A stretch of 64,000 nucleotides of DNA. Source: Thermoplasmata archaeon. GTDB lineage: Archaea > Thermoplasmatota > Thermoplasmata > Lutacidiplasmatales > UBA184. This document shows positions 19,197-30,299 of the stretch, piece by piece; position 1 is the first letter of the stretch; each line of letters opens with the position of its first letter. The notes under the pieces were generated by a model that did not search any database, had not been told where the DNA came from, and saw nothing but the letters and a program-made list of their open reading frames with translations. The translations under genes were made by a program, and so were the position numbers. Location: NCBI GenBank assembly GCA_027306505.1, contig DAHUZP010000001.1, positions 120,932 to 184,931 on the forward strand. The letters run 5' to 3'.

Positions 19197-20256
19197 GCTG
19201 GGGCGTCCCTCCCCTGTGCTGACGGTCCGCGGCCTGGAGCGGCGCTACCCGGGCTTCCGCTTGGGCCCGGTCGACCTCACCCTGGGGAAGGGCGAGACCC
19301 TCATGGTCCTGGGTCCCAACGGTTCGGGGAAGTCGACGCTGCTCCGGCTCCTAGCGGGACTGGAGCCCGCGGACCGCGGAGAGGTCCGGCTCGCGGGCAG
19401 GGACCTCTCCCAGGTCCCCCCCCACCGGCGCGGGATCGGGATGGTGTTCCAGGACCTTGCGCTCTTCCCGACGAAGAGCGTCTGGGACAATCTGACCTAC
19501 GGCCCTTTGGTCCAGGGATGGACCCCGCGGACGGTGGAGGCGCGAGGTGAGGAGCTGCTTCGACAGTTCCGCCTGGAGAAGCTCGCGGACCGCCGCCCTC
19601 CCGAGCTCTCCGGTGGCGAGCGGCAACGGGTCGCCCTCGCCCGAGCCCTCGCCCCGAGGCCCTCCTTGCTCCTCCTTGACGAACCGCTCTCTTCGGCGGA
19701 CCCCAGGAACGCGGGGGAGCTCCGTAGCGAGATCCAGACCTTCCTTCGGGAGGCGGACATTCCCGCGATCTACGTCACCCACGACCTCGACGAGGGATTC
19801 TTCCTGGGGCACCGCATCGCGCTCATCCAGGACGGTGCCTGGGTCCAGGAGGGCCCCTCGGACCAGGTCTTCGACCACCCCGCCAACGCCTTCGCGGCGT
19901 GGTTCCTGGGCTACAACGTCCTCCCCGACCCGGGAGCCGAAGGCGGACACGGTGTCATCGCGGTCCTGCCGAACCGGATCTCCCTCGCGCCGCCCACATC
20001 CCCCGGCGTCCTCCCCGGAGTGGTCGAGTCCTCTGGAAGGAGCGGCGCGCTCTTGCGTCTCTACGTTCGGCCCTCCACCCGCGCCGTTGGGGAGGGGGCG
20101 CCCCGCGTCGAAGTGGTCGTTCCGCGGGAGGCCCAGGCCGAGCTCCCTGGTGTGGGGGAGAAGGTTGGCCTGCTCCTGGAGGGAGCGATCCATCTCCCAG
20201 GGGACCTCCCCCCCGGCGGCTTCATGAAGGGCCCCTCCTCGGGGAAGGGCAGGTAG
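19180..20256 (+). CDS. thiQ: ABC transporter ATP-binding subunit (ThiQ/PotA-like)
   Basis: GPNGSGKS, LSGGERQR, LLLDEP, VTHD, C-terminal TOBE-like region. Confidence 0.85.
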   Translation: MPETAELGRPSPVLTVRGLERRYPGFRLGPVDLTLGKGETLMVLGPNGSGKSTLLRLLAGLEPADRGEVRLAGRDLSQVPPHRRGIGMVFQDLALFPTKSVWDNLTYGPLVQGWTPRTVEARGEELLRQFRLEKLADRRPPELSGGERQRVALARALAPRPSLLLLDEPLSSADPRNAGELRSEIQTFLREADIPAIYVTHDLDEGFFLGHRIALIQDGAWVQEGPSDQVFDHPANAFAAWFLGYNVLPDPGAEGGHGVIAVLPNRISLAPPTSPGVLPGVVESSGRSGALLRLYVRPSTRAVGEGAPRVEVVVPREAQAELPGVGEKVGLLLEGAIHLPGDLPPGGFMKGPSSGKGR

Positions 20257-20261
20257 GACCG

Positions 20262-20648
20262 ATGACCGCCGCAGATACTCCCCCAGTGCTCTTGGTCGGT
20301 GGACCGGAAGCGGAGCGAGAGCTCCTCAAGGGCTTCCTTGTCCGCAACGGTGTAGGGGTCCTCGCTTCCGTCGCGCAACCGCCGGACGCGCTCACGCATC
20401 TCACCTCTCGGCCGGATTGCACCTTGGTGCTCCTGCGGCCCGCGGAGGCGGTGCAGACCGGGGGCTGGGTCAATGAGCGAAGGACCCAAGGATTCCAGGG
20501 CCGGGTCGGGGTGATCGTGCGACCCGAAGAGATCCGCACCTACATCTCGAAGGGCCGGTGGAACGACTTCGCGCTAAAGGTCCCTGTGTCCGAGCCGGAC
20601 CTACTGGGGGCCGCCCGTTCGGCCTCGCGCTTGTCCGAGCGCATCTGA
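20262..20648 (+). CDS. Hypothetical protein, degenerate CheY-like (pseudo-receiver) domain
   Basis: ATG at 20262 in the frame of ORF 19899-20648. Receiver-like pattern VLLV / LVLL / VGVIV / NDFALKVPVS..DL. Confidence 0.65.
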   Translation: MTAADTPPVLLVGGPEAERELLKGFLVRNGVGVLASVAQPPDALTHLTSRPDCTLVLLRPAEAVQTGGWVNERRTQGFQGRVGVIVRPEEIRTYISKGRWNDFALKVPVSEPDLLGAARSASRLSERI

Positions 20649-20687
20649 GGGCACCCTTATCTCGGTACTGCCTCCTGCGGAGGGGCG

Positions 20688-21371
20688 ATGCCTTCCCCGG
20701 TCGTGGTCGAGGGACGCGACGTCTGGAAGGTCTACGCTTCCGAGGCGGGGGACGTCCCGGCCCTCAAGGGCCTCGAGGTCGCGATCCGCAAGGGCGAGAT
20801 GGTGGCGGTCATGGGGCCTTCCGGCTGCGGGAAGACCACGTTCCTCAACTGCTTCTCCGGTCTCGACGACATCACCAAGGGCACGATCCGAATCGAGGGA
20901 AAGGACCTGCGCAACCTCTCGGACAACCAGCGCAGCGAGTACCGCGCGCTCCGCATGGGGTTCGTGTTCCAGGCCTACAATCTGCTGCCCGTGCTGACCG
21001 CCCAGGAGAACGTCGAGCTGCCGCTGCTCGTCGCGGGGGTTCCGCCCAAGGAGGCGCGACAGCGCGCGGTCCTATGGTTGAAGGAGCTCGGCCTCAAGGG
21101 CCGGGAAGAACACCGGCCGAGCGCGCTCTCCGGTGGGGAACAGCAACGCGTCACGCTGGCCCGCGCCCTCGCGAACCGGCCCGCCATCGTGTGGGCCGAC
21201 GAACCGACGGGGAACCTCGACGAGGAGAACAGCCGGGCGGTGATGGAGCTCCTGCGGGAGCTCAACCGCGAGCACCACCAGACCTTCGTCGTAGTTACCC
21301 ATGACCCGTCCGTCGCGGGGGCCTGCGACCGGACCATGAGGATGCGAGATGGCCGCATCGTCACGGACTGA
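20688..21371 (+). CDS. ABC transporter ATP-binding protein (LolD/MacB type)
   Basis: [34 protein letters not shown]. Confidence 0.93.
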   Translation: MPSPVVVEGRDVWKVYASEAGDVPALKGLEVAIRKGEMVAVMGPSGCGKTTFLNCFSGLDDITKGTIRIEGKDLRNLSDNQRSEYRALRMGFVFQAYNLLPVLTAQENVELPLLVAGVPPKEARQRAVLWLKELGLKGREEHRPSALSGGEQQRVTLARALANRPAIVWADEPTGNLDEENSRAVMELLRELNREHHQTFVVVTHDPSVAGACDRTMRMRDGRIVTD

Positions 21372-24300
21372 ACCCACGAGGTCCGGGAGGGCCCGCTCCG
21401 GGCGCTCCTCCAGCGGAACGCTCCCCGGTAAGGCCTCCGATGCCCAACGCCGGGGCCGGCTCGCGAACCAGGTCCTGCTCATCGGGACCGCCCTCGGGCT
21501 CGTGATCATCGGGACCAGCCTTTGGCTCGGCACGACCGCGGGCAGTGAGCAGGCGGTGACGGCGCTCTCCACCCTGGGGGCGGGGGACCCCGTCGTGGGC
21601 CTCCTCGTGCTCATCGTGGTCATCGTCGCCCTCTTTTCCCTAGTCCTCGGGCTCAAGGACCGCGTCATCGCGAAGATCGGACTGCGGAACGTTTCGAGGG
21701 CGCGCACCCGGACGGTGGTCCTGCTCTTCGGCCTCCTCATCGGAAGCACGATCATCTCCTCGTCCCTGGTGATCGGGGACACCGTCAACACCCTCTCGGT
21801 CCACTTCACCTACATCGCGGACGGCACCGTGGATGAAGCGGTCTGGGCACCGGCGCAGTCACTCGGCGGCCTCGGGACCTCCTCGCTCACCTACGCACCG
21901 TTCCCTTCCAGCGTGTTCACCTCGATGAATTCGAGCTTGCCGGGGAGTCCGGAGGTCTCGGGCCTCGCCCCCATGCTGCTGGGGACCGCCTCCGCCTTCG
22001 ACCTCACGCGCCAGGTCGCCCAGCCGGGTCTCACCCTCATCGGGGCGGACGCCTGGACCAGCGCGACCCTGGGCGGCTTCACCTCGGTCAATGGCTCGGC
22101 GGCCAACGGCCCGTTCTCGGGCCAGGTGCTCCTCAACCCGACCGCGGCCTCGGAGCTCTCGGCGTCGGTGGGTGACCGGATCAGCCTCAGCGGGGCGGCC
22201 GCCTCCCCCACGACCTACACCGTAGCAGGGATCGTCCGTGCGGACACACGTGGAGGTTTCCAGGACGGGGGCTTCGGCGACGTCTTCGTCAACCTCGCCG
22301 GCGCTCAAGCCCTCTCGGGCATCCCGGGCCGTGTGAACTTCATCGCGGTGACCAACGTAGGAGGGATCAGCGGAGGACCCTCCCACACCCACACCGTCTG
22401 GCCCCAGCTCAACGCGTCGCTCGCCTCGGCGGGAGGTCAGCGGTACGGCTTGACCGTCCACTCCATGCTGCAATCGGACCTGCTCTCCGCCGAGGCCAAT
22501 TCCGCCTCCCTCACTCAGCTCTTCCTCGTCCTCGGGCTCTTCTCCATCGGAGCCGGCTGCGTCCTCATCGTCGGGATCTTCGCCATGCTCGCAGAGGAGC
22601 GACGCGGAGAGATGGGGGTCGCCCGGGCGGTGGGGATGCGCCGAGGGCAGCTCATCCGGGCCTACTACTTCGAGGGCCTCGCCTACTCCGCCGGCTCCGC
22701 CCTCCTCGGGACGCTCCTGGGCGTGGTCGTGGGCTGGGGGATGATCCAGGCCTTCGCGAACGTCTTCGGTGGGGGCGGGGGCAGCGAAGCCCAGGCGATC
22801 GTGGAATCGTTCTCCTTCACCACCCGGAGCCTCGTCCTGGCCTACGCGGCGGGGTTCCTGCTCACCCTGGGGACGGTCACGGTCACCTCAGCCTACGTGA
22901 GCCGAATGAACATCGTTCGGGCGATCCGTAGCCAGCCGGAGCTCGTTGAGCGGGCCCGCTCCCAGCGCCTGCTGCTCGCCTCCGGGGTCCTCCTTGCCCT
23001 GCTGGGCGCGGCCCTCTACCACGTGGGTGCGCCCTCCGGCACGGACATGGACATCGGCTACCTCGGGGTGAGCCTCCTGCTGCTCGCGGTCGGCCTGATC
23101 GCGGCCTTCCGGCTGCCGTTGCGCTGGACCTTCTCCCTATCGGCGGTGGGGCTGCTCATCTTCTGGTCGGACCTCTCGCTGCGGAACGACCTCTTCCCGG
23201 GCCCGCACACCGGGACCATCTTCGTGTTCTTCCAGGAGGGGGTCTTCCTCATCCTCGCCGCGGTCATCCTCTATGTCTTCAACTCCGACCTCATCGTTCG
23301 GGCCCTGACCGGCCTCTCCCGGAGCGGGTCGAGGAACCTCCCGGTGGTGCGCCTCGCGTTCTCCTATCCCGCCCACCGCAAGTTCCGCTCCGCGATGACC
23401 ATCAGCATCTTCGCGATGGTCCTGTTCACGATCACCGCCATCGCGGCGATCGGCAACGGGATCTCCTCCGGGGTGTCGACCAGCATCGCTACGCAGTCCG
23501 GAGGTTACGAGTTCTACGGGGTCTCCCCGAACCCGATCACCGACATGTCCGGAACCGTCCAGCAGAACGCGACCCTGAGAGCGGACGTCTCGACGTTGGT
23601 CCCGTTGTACTCGGGAGGGGTGATGGTCAACGCACGTCCAAGCGCCCCGTGCAGCGCCACCAACATGTGCTTCGGCTACGGCGCTGCAGCGGCGCCCACC
23701 GGCCCTTCGGTCCCCACCTGGCAGAACTTCTATGGCACCAACCACTTCAACTTCACCGCGACCGCGCCGGGGTACTCCCCCTCGCAGGTCTGGCAGGCGC
23801 TCGAGTCGGACCCGAACGTCGCGGTGGTCGATGGGAGCTTCCAATCCAACATCATCTCGGAGTTCCAGGGCAACGGACATCCCGGGGTACGCGCCGGGGA
23901 CGGCATGAACCTCACGAGCCTCGCTTCGGGCTCGACCGTCACGGTCCGGGTCCTGGGCATCCTCAGCGAGCAGTCCGTCCCGGTCGTGCTCGTCAACAAC
24001 CAGACGATGGTCGAGACCCTGGGATACTCCACGCAGAACATCTTCCTCTTCACCGCTGCCCCCGGGGTTTCGGCACGGACGGTCATCCAGAACTTCCAGA
24101 CCCACTTCTTCGCCGAGGGGCTCCAGGTCTACGATTTCGCAAGCGAGCTGTCCAACGCTTTGCAGTTCACGGACGCGTTCATCAATCTCCTCGAGGTCTT
24201 CGTGGCCCTCGGCCTGATCGTCGGCATCACCTCGCTCGGGATCCTCGCCCTTAGGGCGGTGGTGGAGCGGCGCACCCAGATCGGGGTCGTCCGGGCGGTG

Positions 24301-24570
24301 GGGTTCCGGCGCTCTCAGGTGCTGGCGGTCTTCCTGACGGAGTACTCCTTCCTCGCGCTCATGGGCATCGGCATCGGAGCGGTGATGGGCCTCGTGCTCG
24401 CCTACAACCTGAACCAGGCGATCGGGGGCTTCTTCTCCTTCGCGATCCCGTGGGCGAACCTGGCCTTCGTCCTCGCCACGAGCTACGCCCTGACCCTCGT
24501 CGCGACCGGGATGCCGTCGTTCCGCGCCTCGCGCATCCCTCCTGCCGAGGCGATCCGCTACAGCGAGTGA
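21349..24570 (+). CDS. FtsX/MacB-like ABC permease with two extracellular domains
   Basis: Two FtsX motifs ([27 protein letters not shown]); ends [13 protein letters not shown]. Confidence 0.9.
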   Translation: MAASSRTEPTRSGRARSGRSSSGTLPGKASDAQRRGRLANQVLLIGTALGLVIIGTSLWLGTTAGSEQAVTALSTLGAGDPVVGLLVLIVVIVALFSLVLGLKDRVIAKIGLRNVSRARTRTVVLLFGLLIGSTIISSSLVIGDTVNTLSVHFTYIADGTVDEAVWAPAQSLGGLGTSSLTYAPFPSSVFTSMNSSLPGSPEVSGLAPMLLGTASAFDLTRQVAQPGLTLIGADAWTSATLGGFTSVNGSAANGPFSGQVLLNPTAASELSASVGDRISLSGAAASPTTYTVAGIVRADTRGGFQDGGFGDVFVNLAGAQALSGIPGRVNFIAVTNVGGISGGPSHTHTVWPQLNASLASAGGQRYGLTVHSMLQSDLLSAEANSASLTQLFLVLGLFSIGAGCVLIVGIFAMLAEERRGEMGVARAVGMRRGQLIRAYYFEGLAYSAGSALLGTLLGVVVGWGMIQAFANVFGGGGGSEAQAIVESFSFTTRSLVLAYAAGFLLTLGTVTVTSAYVSRMNIVRAIRSQPELVERARSQRLLLASGVLLALLGAALYHVGAPSGTDMDIGYLGVSLLLLAVGLIAAFRLPLRWTFSLSAVGLLIFWSDLSLRNDLFPGPHTGTIFVFFQEGVFLILAAVILYVFNSDLIVRALTGLSRSGSRNLPVVRLAFSYPAHRKFRSAMTISIFAMVLFTITAIAAIGNGISSGVSTSIATQSGGYEFYGVSPNPITDMSGTVQQNATLRADVSTLVPLYSGGVMVNARPSAPCSATNMCFGYGAAAAPTGPSVPTWQNFYGTNHFNFTATAPGYSPSQVWQALESDPNVAVVDGSFQSNIISEFQGNGHPGVRAGDGMNLTSLASGSTVTVRVLGILSEQSVPVVLVNNQTMVETLGYSTQNIFLFTAAPGVSARTVIQNFQTHFFAEGLQVYDFASELSNALQFTDAFINLLEVFVALGLIVGITSLGILALRAVVERRTQIGVVRAVGFRRSQVLAVFLTEYSFLALMGIGIGAVMGLVLAYNLNQAIGGFFSFAIPWANLAFVLATSYALTLVATGMPSFRASRIPPAEAIRYSE

Positions 24571-24666
24571 GCTTCCGCGCGGTCACTGGACGCCGGTCAA
24601 GGGAGCGAGCTCCGCTCCCATCTCCGAGCCTAGCGTAGAGGGCGCCGACAAGGCGATCTCGAGCGA

Positions 24667-25615
24667 CTAGAGGTCCCGAGCGCTGGAGAAGGCGACCGCG
24701 ATGCAGACGAGCGTCGCCAACCCGTAGAGAGAGTAGATGGTCCCGATGATGAGCGTGCCAGCGACGAAGGAGGTCCCGACCACCGCGACCGGGGAAGGGG
24801 CGATCCATAGCGCCCCGAGGAGCGTGGAGACGCGTCCGAAGGCGCCTCGAGGGATGCGGGATGGCAGGAAGGTCCGCCAGGGCACGAGGTTGGTCTCCTG
24901 GGAGGCCCCTATCCCGAGGGCGACCAGCAGGGCTAGCCACCAGAGATGGAGGAGGCCGAGCGCGAAGATGCCGATCCCTTGGCCGACGAGCCCCAGCGGA
25001 ATGAGCCGACCCGCCCGGATCCTGCGCGCCCAGTGACCCACCGCAAGGCCGCCGCCGATCGAGCCCAGGGCGAAGCACGAATTGCACAGGCCGTAGGGCG
25101 CGGTTCCGCCGCCGAGGTCGCGCTGGATGTACGGGGCGTAGAGTCCCTGAAGACCCATCGCGAATAAGCTCGCGAGGGAGCCGAGCAAGGCGAGCCGGAG
25201 CAGCAGCCGGTCCTCCCGAAGGCACCGCGCTCCCTCTTGGAGGTCCCGCAGGAGGGACCGGGACCCTCGGGGCGACCCCTCGCTCCCGGCACCCCGTGGG
25301 GGCGTCCCCGCTGCTCTGGGGAGGAGCGCGATGAGGAGGAGCGGAAGGAGGAAGGAGATCGCATCGTACTCGGAGGGGACCTCGGACCCCAGCAACGCCA
25401 CGGGGAGCCCTCCAACGCCCGAGCTCAGGATGGAGTTCGCGGACGCGGAGGAGCGATCATGTCGTCGTCAGCACGAACCAGATGGCCGCGAGGTTGAACA
25501 CGACGTCGCCGGAGAAGGACGACATACGGTCGATCCACAGGACGAGGAACCGTGGGTTCCGACCGACCGTGGCATAGGAACCGACCCGAGCGGGTGTGGA
25601 GGAGGGTGCGGACAT
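24667..25615 (-). pseudogene. Disrupted MFS (DHA3/macrolide-efflux-like) transporter
   Basis: N-terminal piece from ATG 25615 reads MSAPSSTPARVGSYATVGRNPRFLVLWIDRMSSFSGDVVFNLAAIWFVLTTT then TGA at 25457-25459. The C-terminal half lies in another frame (24667-25401). Total is far shorter than a 12-TM MFS. Confidence 0.8.
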
Positions 25616-25980
25616 GGGATGGCAACGCTCGCCCCAGGCTTTTCGGGATGAGGAATCGACCGGAGGGTTGCTCGACGCATCGCTCGCTCGTGCCCGGTAC
25701 CAAGATCGAGCGTTCCGAGAGCTCCCTGAGGAGGGGCTTCTGCCTCCCTGGCCGTGCTAGCGGAGGACCGGACCACTCGAGGTTGGGTGGGATGGGGAGC
25801 ATGCGAGCCGCACAAATACTCCGGTTTCCATGGATAGGACAACCGGCGGCGGGGACCTCCCGCCGAGGACGACACGGGAGGGGTGCTTCCCCGTTCGGCA
25901 AGGGGGGCGCGCCTCCACCCTATCCGCCTTAAGTAGCACCCTCTTACCGTTCCAAGACGCCGCGTCGCCCATCGGAGTCC

Positions 25981-28911
25981 ATGCCAAAACGGAAGTCCCC
26001 TCCCCGAACGCTCCCCGCTGCACCGGACGGTCAGGTGGAGGGCTCGTGGCCGGGGTCCTCCGACGGTAGGGGGGCCTCCTCCCGCTCCGCAACCTCGGCC
26101 CAGAGCGCCTCTGCCCCCGCGGAGGAGACCTCCTCGAGGCGCCGCGCCCAGATGACCGTCCCCACCGTGGTCGACATGCGGAAGGCGCGGGAGGAGGCGC
26201 TCTTCCAGCTTCGGCTCGGCCGCCAGTCCCTCGCCTTCGGGTTCCTGGTCGGTCTGCTCCTGGTCGTCGATGCCGCCATCGCGCTCTTCGTGGGCACTTC
26301 CTCGCTCTCCTCGGTAGGCACGGTCGGTGCCTTCCTCCAGTCCGTCATCAACAACCAGCTCGCGCTCGCCCTACCCCTCGCGGCGGGGCTCTTCCTCTCC
26401 ATCGCGGTCTTCCTGGAGAAGTACGACACCTACGGGTTCTGGCCGTTCGAGGACCACTTCGCGATCACGATCGCCTCCCTCGCCCTCTCCGTCGCCCTCG
26501 CGGTGATCTACGCCCTCCACCTCGTCAACCGCGGTCCGGACATCCTCAAGACCCTCTCCTGGACCGTCTACGTGCTGGTCTTGATCGCCATCTCCCTCGG
26601 GATGGTCTCCCTGGGCACGACCTGGAGAGGGTGGCCCTGGCGGAAGGTCGCGAGCCTGGTGTTCGCGGTGCTGCCTCCGGTCCTCGCGGTGCCGCTCCAG
26701 TACTCCCTTGCTTCGCTCAACAGCCTCGGGGCCCCCGGCGGTTATGGGGCGTTGAACCTCTCGCTGTCCATCAGCTTCGGCTTCGCAGCCTTCCTCTACA
26801 TCGCGAGCGGTGCTCAGCTGCACCTCATGGCGAGCGCGACGCGCGCGCAGGAGCGCGAGGTGGTCGCCGGTAGCCACGAGAAGCTCTTCGCCCTCGCCCA
26901 GGAGCTCAGCACCCGGAACGAGGCCGCCATCTTCCGGGAGGAGGCGCTCTCCCGCCGCGAGGCCGACGTGGAGGCCCAGGAAGGGACCCTCGTGGAGCGG
27001 GCCCGTTTCCTCGAGGACCGCCGCCAGGAGCTCGAGACCCTGGACCGGCACCTCCGCACGAAGGGGGACGAGGTCGGTGGGCGCGAGCAAGCCCTGCTAC
27101 CCCGTGCCGCCGAGGTCACCGCGGCCGAGGCCTCCCTGAAGGAGCGGAACGCCCAGGTCACGGCCCGGGAGCATGAGATGCAAGCCGGCTTCCAACGGCT
27201 GGGGGACCGGGAGAGGAACCTGCTCGAGCGCGAGCAAGCGACCCGTCAGAAGGAGCTCGAGCTCCAGAACCGGGTGGCCGAGGTCGCCCGCTCGGAGGCC
27301 CAGGCGCGCGCGGTGGAGCAGAGCGCCCAGCAGCGTCTCGCTGAAGCTCAGCAACGCTTTGCCGCGGCGACGGGCCGAGAGGCCGAGATCCGTGCCCGGG
27401 AGTCCAGCATGCAGCTCCCGCCCGATGCGAGGGCTCGTGTCCAGACGAAGGAGGCCGAGATCGCACGGCGCGAGGCCACGATCGAGTCCCAGCGGGCGGA
27501 GATCCAGGACCGGATCGGAGCGGCCTCCGTCAAGGAGCAGGCAGCGGAGCGTCGCCGCGTCGAGCTCCAGCAGGTCGCCTCGACCATCCTGGAGCGGGAG
27601 AAGAACCTCGCCTCCCGAGAGGCCGCCCTCACGGCGAAGGAGAAGCAGTACGAGATCGAGCTCGACCTCCTCAAGGGTGCGACGAAGCGCCACGAGGACG
27701 AGATCCGAAAGTACTTCGACGCGACCAAGAAGAGCACGCTGGTCGAGAGCCAGTCGAGCCTCATGATGAGCCAGCTCAAGGAAAAGGAGACGGGGGTCTC
27801 CGTCCGGGAGCAGAAGGTCCAGGAGCGGGAGCGCGAGATCCAGGGACGGAGGGAGGAGCTCGAGCGCCAGACCCAGGAGGTCACCGCTCAGCGGCGGTCC
27901 GCGGAGGCCCAGTTGGCGGACCTTCGCATGCGCAGCACCCGGCTGGAAGAGGCGGCGGCCCGCCTCGCCCCGAGCCGCAGCGAGGCCGACGCCACCCTCA
28001 CCCGGGCCCTGCAGGACCGGGAGAAGGCGATCGAGCTACGCGAACGCCAGCTGGCCGATCGGGAGCAGAAGGTCCGTTCGATGCAGTACGAGCGGGACCG
28101 CCAGGCGACCGCGGGAGCGGTCGCACAGGAAGAGGCGGGATCGCTCACGGGGGTCGGTCCGACCCCCTCGCTCCGGCGCCCCGGGAAGGTCTCGACCGGG
28201 ACCCCCCGCTTGGACGACCTGCTCCTGGGGGGCTTCCCCGAGAAGGGACATGTCGGGTTCGTGGGACCGGCCTTCGTGGGGAAGGAGGTCGCGATCTACG
28301 CCTTCCTCGCCGAAGGGCTTCGCAAGGGGGAGGGCGCGCTGGTCATCGCCGCGAGCCGGTCTCCCTCCGAGACCGCCCGCGAGATGGGCGTCGTGATCCC
28401 TTCGCTCATGGAGTACGAGGGCGCTGGGCGTCTCATCTGGATCGATGCCTCCAACCCGGCGGGCGTACCGGCAGGCGATGCCCGTAGCAAGGCCGGGACC
28501 ACCGTCAAGGGTCCGGGGGACCTCGTCGGCATCCTCCAGGCGGTGAGCCGCCACTCTGCCGAGCTTGAGAAGACGAGGGCCGGCTTCCGGGTGGCGTTCC
28601 TCTCCCTCTCCTCGTGCATCACCCAGACGGACGAGCGGGGTGGCGCAGCCTTCGTCCAGAACATCCTGGGCATCCTCCGCCCCAAGGGGAGCCTAGGGGC
28701 CTACAGCATCGATCGGGGCATGCACAGCGACCAGCAGGCCCAGGCGATCATCTCGCAGATGGACGGGGCCGTCGAGTTCCGCACGGAGCGGGGAAAGACC
28801 CAGCTCCAGGTCGTGGGGCTGGGAGAGGTCCAGGCACGCCAGTGGGTGGACTACCGGTTCACGCAGCGCGCGCTCTCGCTCGGGAGCTTCACGCTCGAGA
28901 GGATCCGTTAG
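25981..28911 (+). CDS. Multi-pass membrane protein with long coiled coil and C-terminal KaiC/RAD55-like domain
   Basis: About 6 TM segments, about 400 aa of E/R/Q heptads, then STGTPRLDDLLLGGFP...GPAFVGKE...MDGAVEF. Confidence 0.85.
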   Translation: MPKRKSPPRTLPAAPDGQVEGSWPGSSDGRGASSRSATSAQSASAPAEETSSRRRAQMTVPTVVDMRKAREEALFQLRLGRQSLAFGFLVGLLLVVDAAIALFVGTSSLSSVGTVGAFLQSVINNQLALALPLAAGLFLSIAVFLEKYDTYGFWPFEDHFAITIASLALSVALAVIYALHLVNRGPDILKTLSWTVYVLVLIAISLGMVSLGTTWRGWPWRKVASLVFAVLPPVLAVPLQYSLASLNSLGAPGGYGALNLSLSISFGFAAFLYIASGAQLHLMASATRAQEREVVAGSHEKLFALAQELSTRNEAAIFREEALSRREADVEAQEGTLVERARFLEDRRQELETLDRHLRTKGDEVGGREQALLPRAAEVTAAEASLKERNAQVTAREHEMQAGFQRLGDRERNLLEREQATRQKELELQNRVAEVARSEAQARAVEQSAQQRLAEAQQRFAAATGREAEIRARESSMQLPPDARARVQTKEAEIARREATIESQRAEIQDRIGAASVKEQAAERRRVELQQVASTILEREKNLASREAALTAKEKQYEIELDLLKGATKRHEDEIRKYFDATKKSTLVESQSSLMMSQLKEKETGVSVREQKVQEREREIQGRREELERQTQEVTAQRRSAEAQLADLRMRSTRLEEAAARLAPSRSEADATLTRALQDREKAIELRERQLADREQKVRSMQYERDRQATAGAVAQEEAGSLTGVGPTPSLRRPGKVSTGTPRLDDLLLGGFPEKGHVGFVGPAFVGKEVAIYAFLAEGLRKGEGALVIAASRSPSETAREMGVVIPSLMEYEGAGRLIWIDASNPAGVPAGDARSKAGTTVKGPGDLVGILQAVSRHSAELEKTRAGFRVAFLSLSSCITQTDERGGAAFVQNILGILRPKGSLGAYSIDRGMHSDQQAQAIISQMDGAVEFRTERGKTQLQVVGLGEVQARQWVDYRFTQRALSLGSFTLERIR

Positions 28912-28995
28912 GGTCCCCCTGTACCCGCCTCGGCGACGCAGGGGAACCTCATCTCCTCCTCGGGACCCACCCCTTCTGACGGGAGGGAGCGGTCG

Positions 28996-29712
28996 ATGGG
29001 GGAGGAGCTACAGGACGTGGCCACGACCCCTTCGGGAGCCTCCGTGACCTCCGCGCCCGCCTTGGCGGGGCGGCTCCACGACCTGTGGAGCTTCGTCCGC
29101 CCGTGGGTCCCCTTCCTCGCGGTCTTCCTCCTCCTCTCCCTGGGCTGGGGCGCGATGGCCACGCGGTTCGCGGAAGGCGCGGGTCAGCCGCTCTCGGCCG
29201 CGACCGGACCCACCCAGGGCGAGTACATTGACGCGTTCTGGCACCTGGGCACGGGGTTCCTTCTCGCGCTTCCGACCAGGGACCGACGGCTCCTCCTCAT
29301 CACCCCATGCATGTCGCTGGGGCTGGACGCGGACCACGTCTTCGGACTGTTCCTGCCCAGCGCGGTCCCCCGACCGGACCATTCGCTGCTCTTCGCTCTC
29401 CTCGCGGCCGCGGTCGCCTACGCGTGGAAGGGGCCCCTCGCCCGGGGCGCGACGATCGCCGCGATCTTCACCCACTTCGCGGTCGACGGCGGCACCTTCC
29501 CGTTCCTGGACCCCCTCACCTTCGCCCGATGGCCGCTCAGCATCCCGGCGTCCGCGGCCCTCCTCCTCGGCTGCGGCACGCTCCTCCTCCTTCTCCAAGG
29601 CACGCCCCGCGGCTGGAGGGACACCCGGGCATGGGTCGAGCTGGCGGTCATCGTCGCCGCCCTCACCGGGTTCCTGGTCTGGATAGGCCCGGTCTCGTGG
29701 CTGCGGACGTAG
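28996..29712 (+). CDS. Membrane-bound metal-dependent hydrolase (YdjM-like)
   Basis: WH..G, LDADH, DHSLLF and HFAVDG within a hydrophobic protein. Confidence 0.6.
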   Translation: MGEELQDVATTPSGASVTSAPALAGRLHDLWSFVRPWVPFLAVFLLLSLGWGAMATRFAEGAGQPLSAATGPTQGEYIDAFWHLGTGFLLALPTRDRRLLLITPCMSLGLDADHVFGLFLPSAVPRPDHSLLFALLAAAVAYAWKGPLARGATIAAIFTHFAVDGGTFPFLDPLTFARWPLSIPASAALLLGCGTLLLLLQGTPRGWRDTRAWVELAVIVAALTGFLVWIGPVSWLRT

Positions 29713-29909
29713 CGTCCCAATACGACAGACCCCCGGCCCATGGCGGCGGGGTCCTCGTGAAGGGACCACTAGGGGAGCGGGACCGGCCGATCTGGCCGGG
29801 AAGCGGCGTTGCATGCCCCAGGCCCCCGGAGAGGCCCGCGGTCAAGGGCCCCGCAGGGCGAGAGCGGCAGGCGGGGATGCCCAATCGCCCTCGCCCCTCG
29901 AGGTAACCC

Positions 29910-29915
29910 TTAAGA
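29910..29915 (+). promoter_or_regulatory. TATA-like box for rps17e
   Basis: TTAAGA 25 nt upstream of ATG 29941, typical leaderless spacing. Confidence 0.5.
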
Positions 29916-29940
29916 ACGAAACGGAAGTGACATGCCGCAC

Positions 29941-30174
29941 ATGGGCAACATCCGCCAGACCTACATCAAGCGCGTCGCCATCGAGCTCGTCAAGCTCCAC
30001 CCCGACGCGTTCTCGGCGGACTACAAGCACAACCACGTGAAGGTGCTGGAGCTCACGGACCTGGTCGAGAAGGGGCCCACCGGCACCGACCGGGTGAAGT
30101 TCAAGAAGCTCGCCAACCGGATCGCCGGTTACGTCACCTGCTACTACAAGCGCCAGAAGCGCGCGGTCGCCTGA
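29941..30174 (+). CDS. rps17e: 30S ribosomal protein S17e
   Basis: MGNIRQTYIKR...NRIAGYVT. Confidence 0.95.
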   Translation: MGNIRQTYIKRVAIELVKLHPDAFSADYKHNHVKVLELTDLVEKGPTGTDRVKFKKLANRIAGYVTCYYKRQKRAVA

Positions 30175-30299
30175 GAGGTGACCCCGCCGAGCGCGGGGTA
30201 GTCGGCGCGGACTTCGCGAGCGAAGAGCGGGAGAAGGTCCCTCCCACGAGGGGGACCACCCGAAGCTGAGGTGGGCCTAACGTGGGGAGCGGCTCTCGC

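Noticed and set aside
29713-29900. GC-rich spacer that could be an ncRNA
   Set aside because: No recognisable conserved motif; pairing potential is unremarkable for this GC content.
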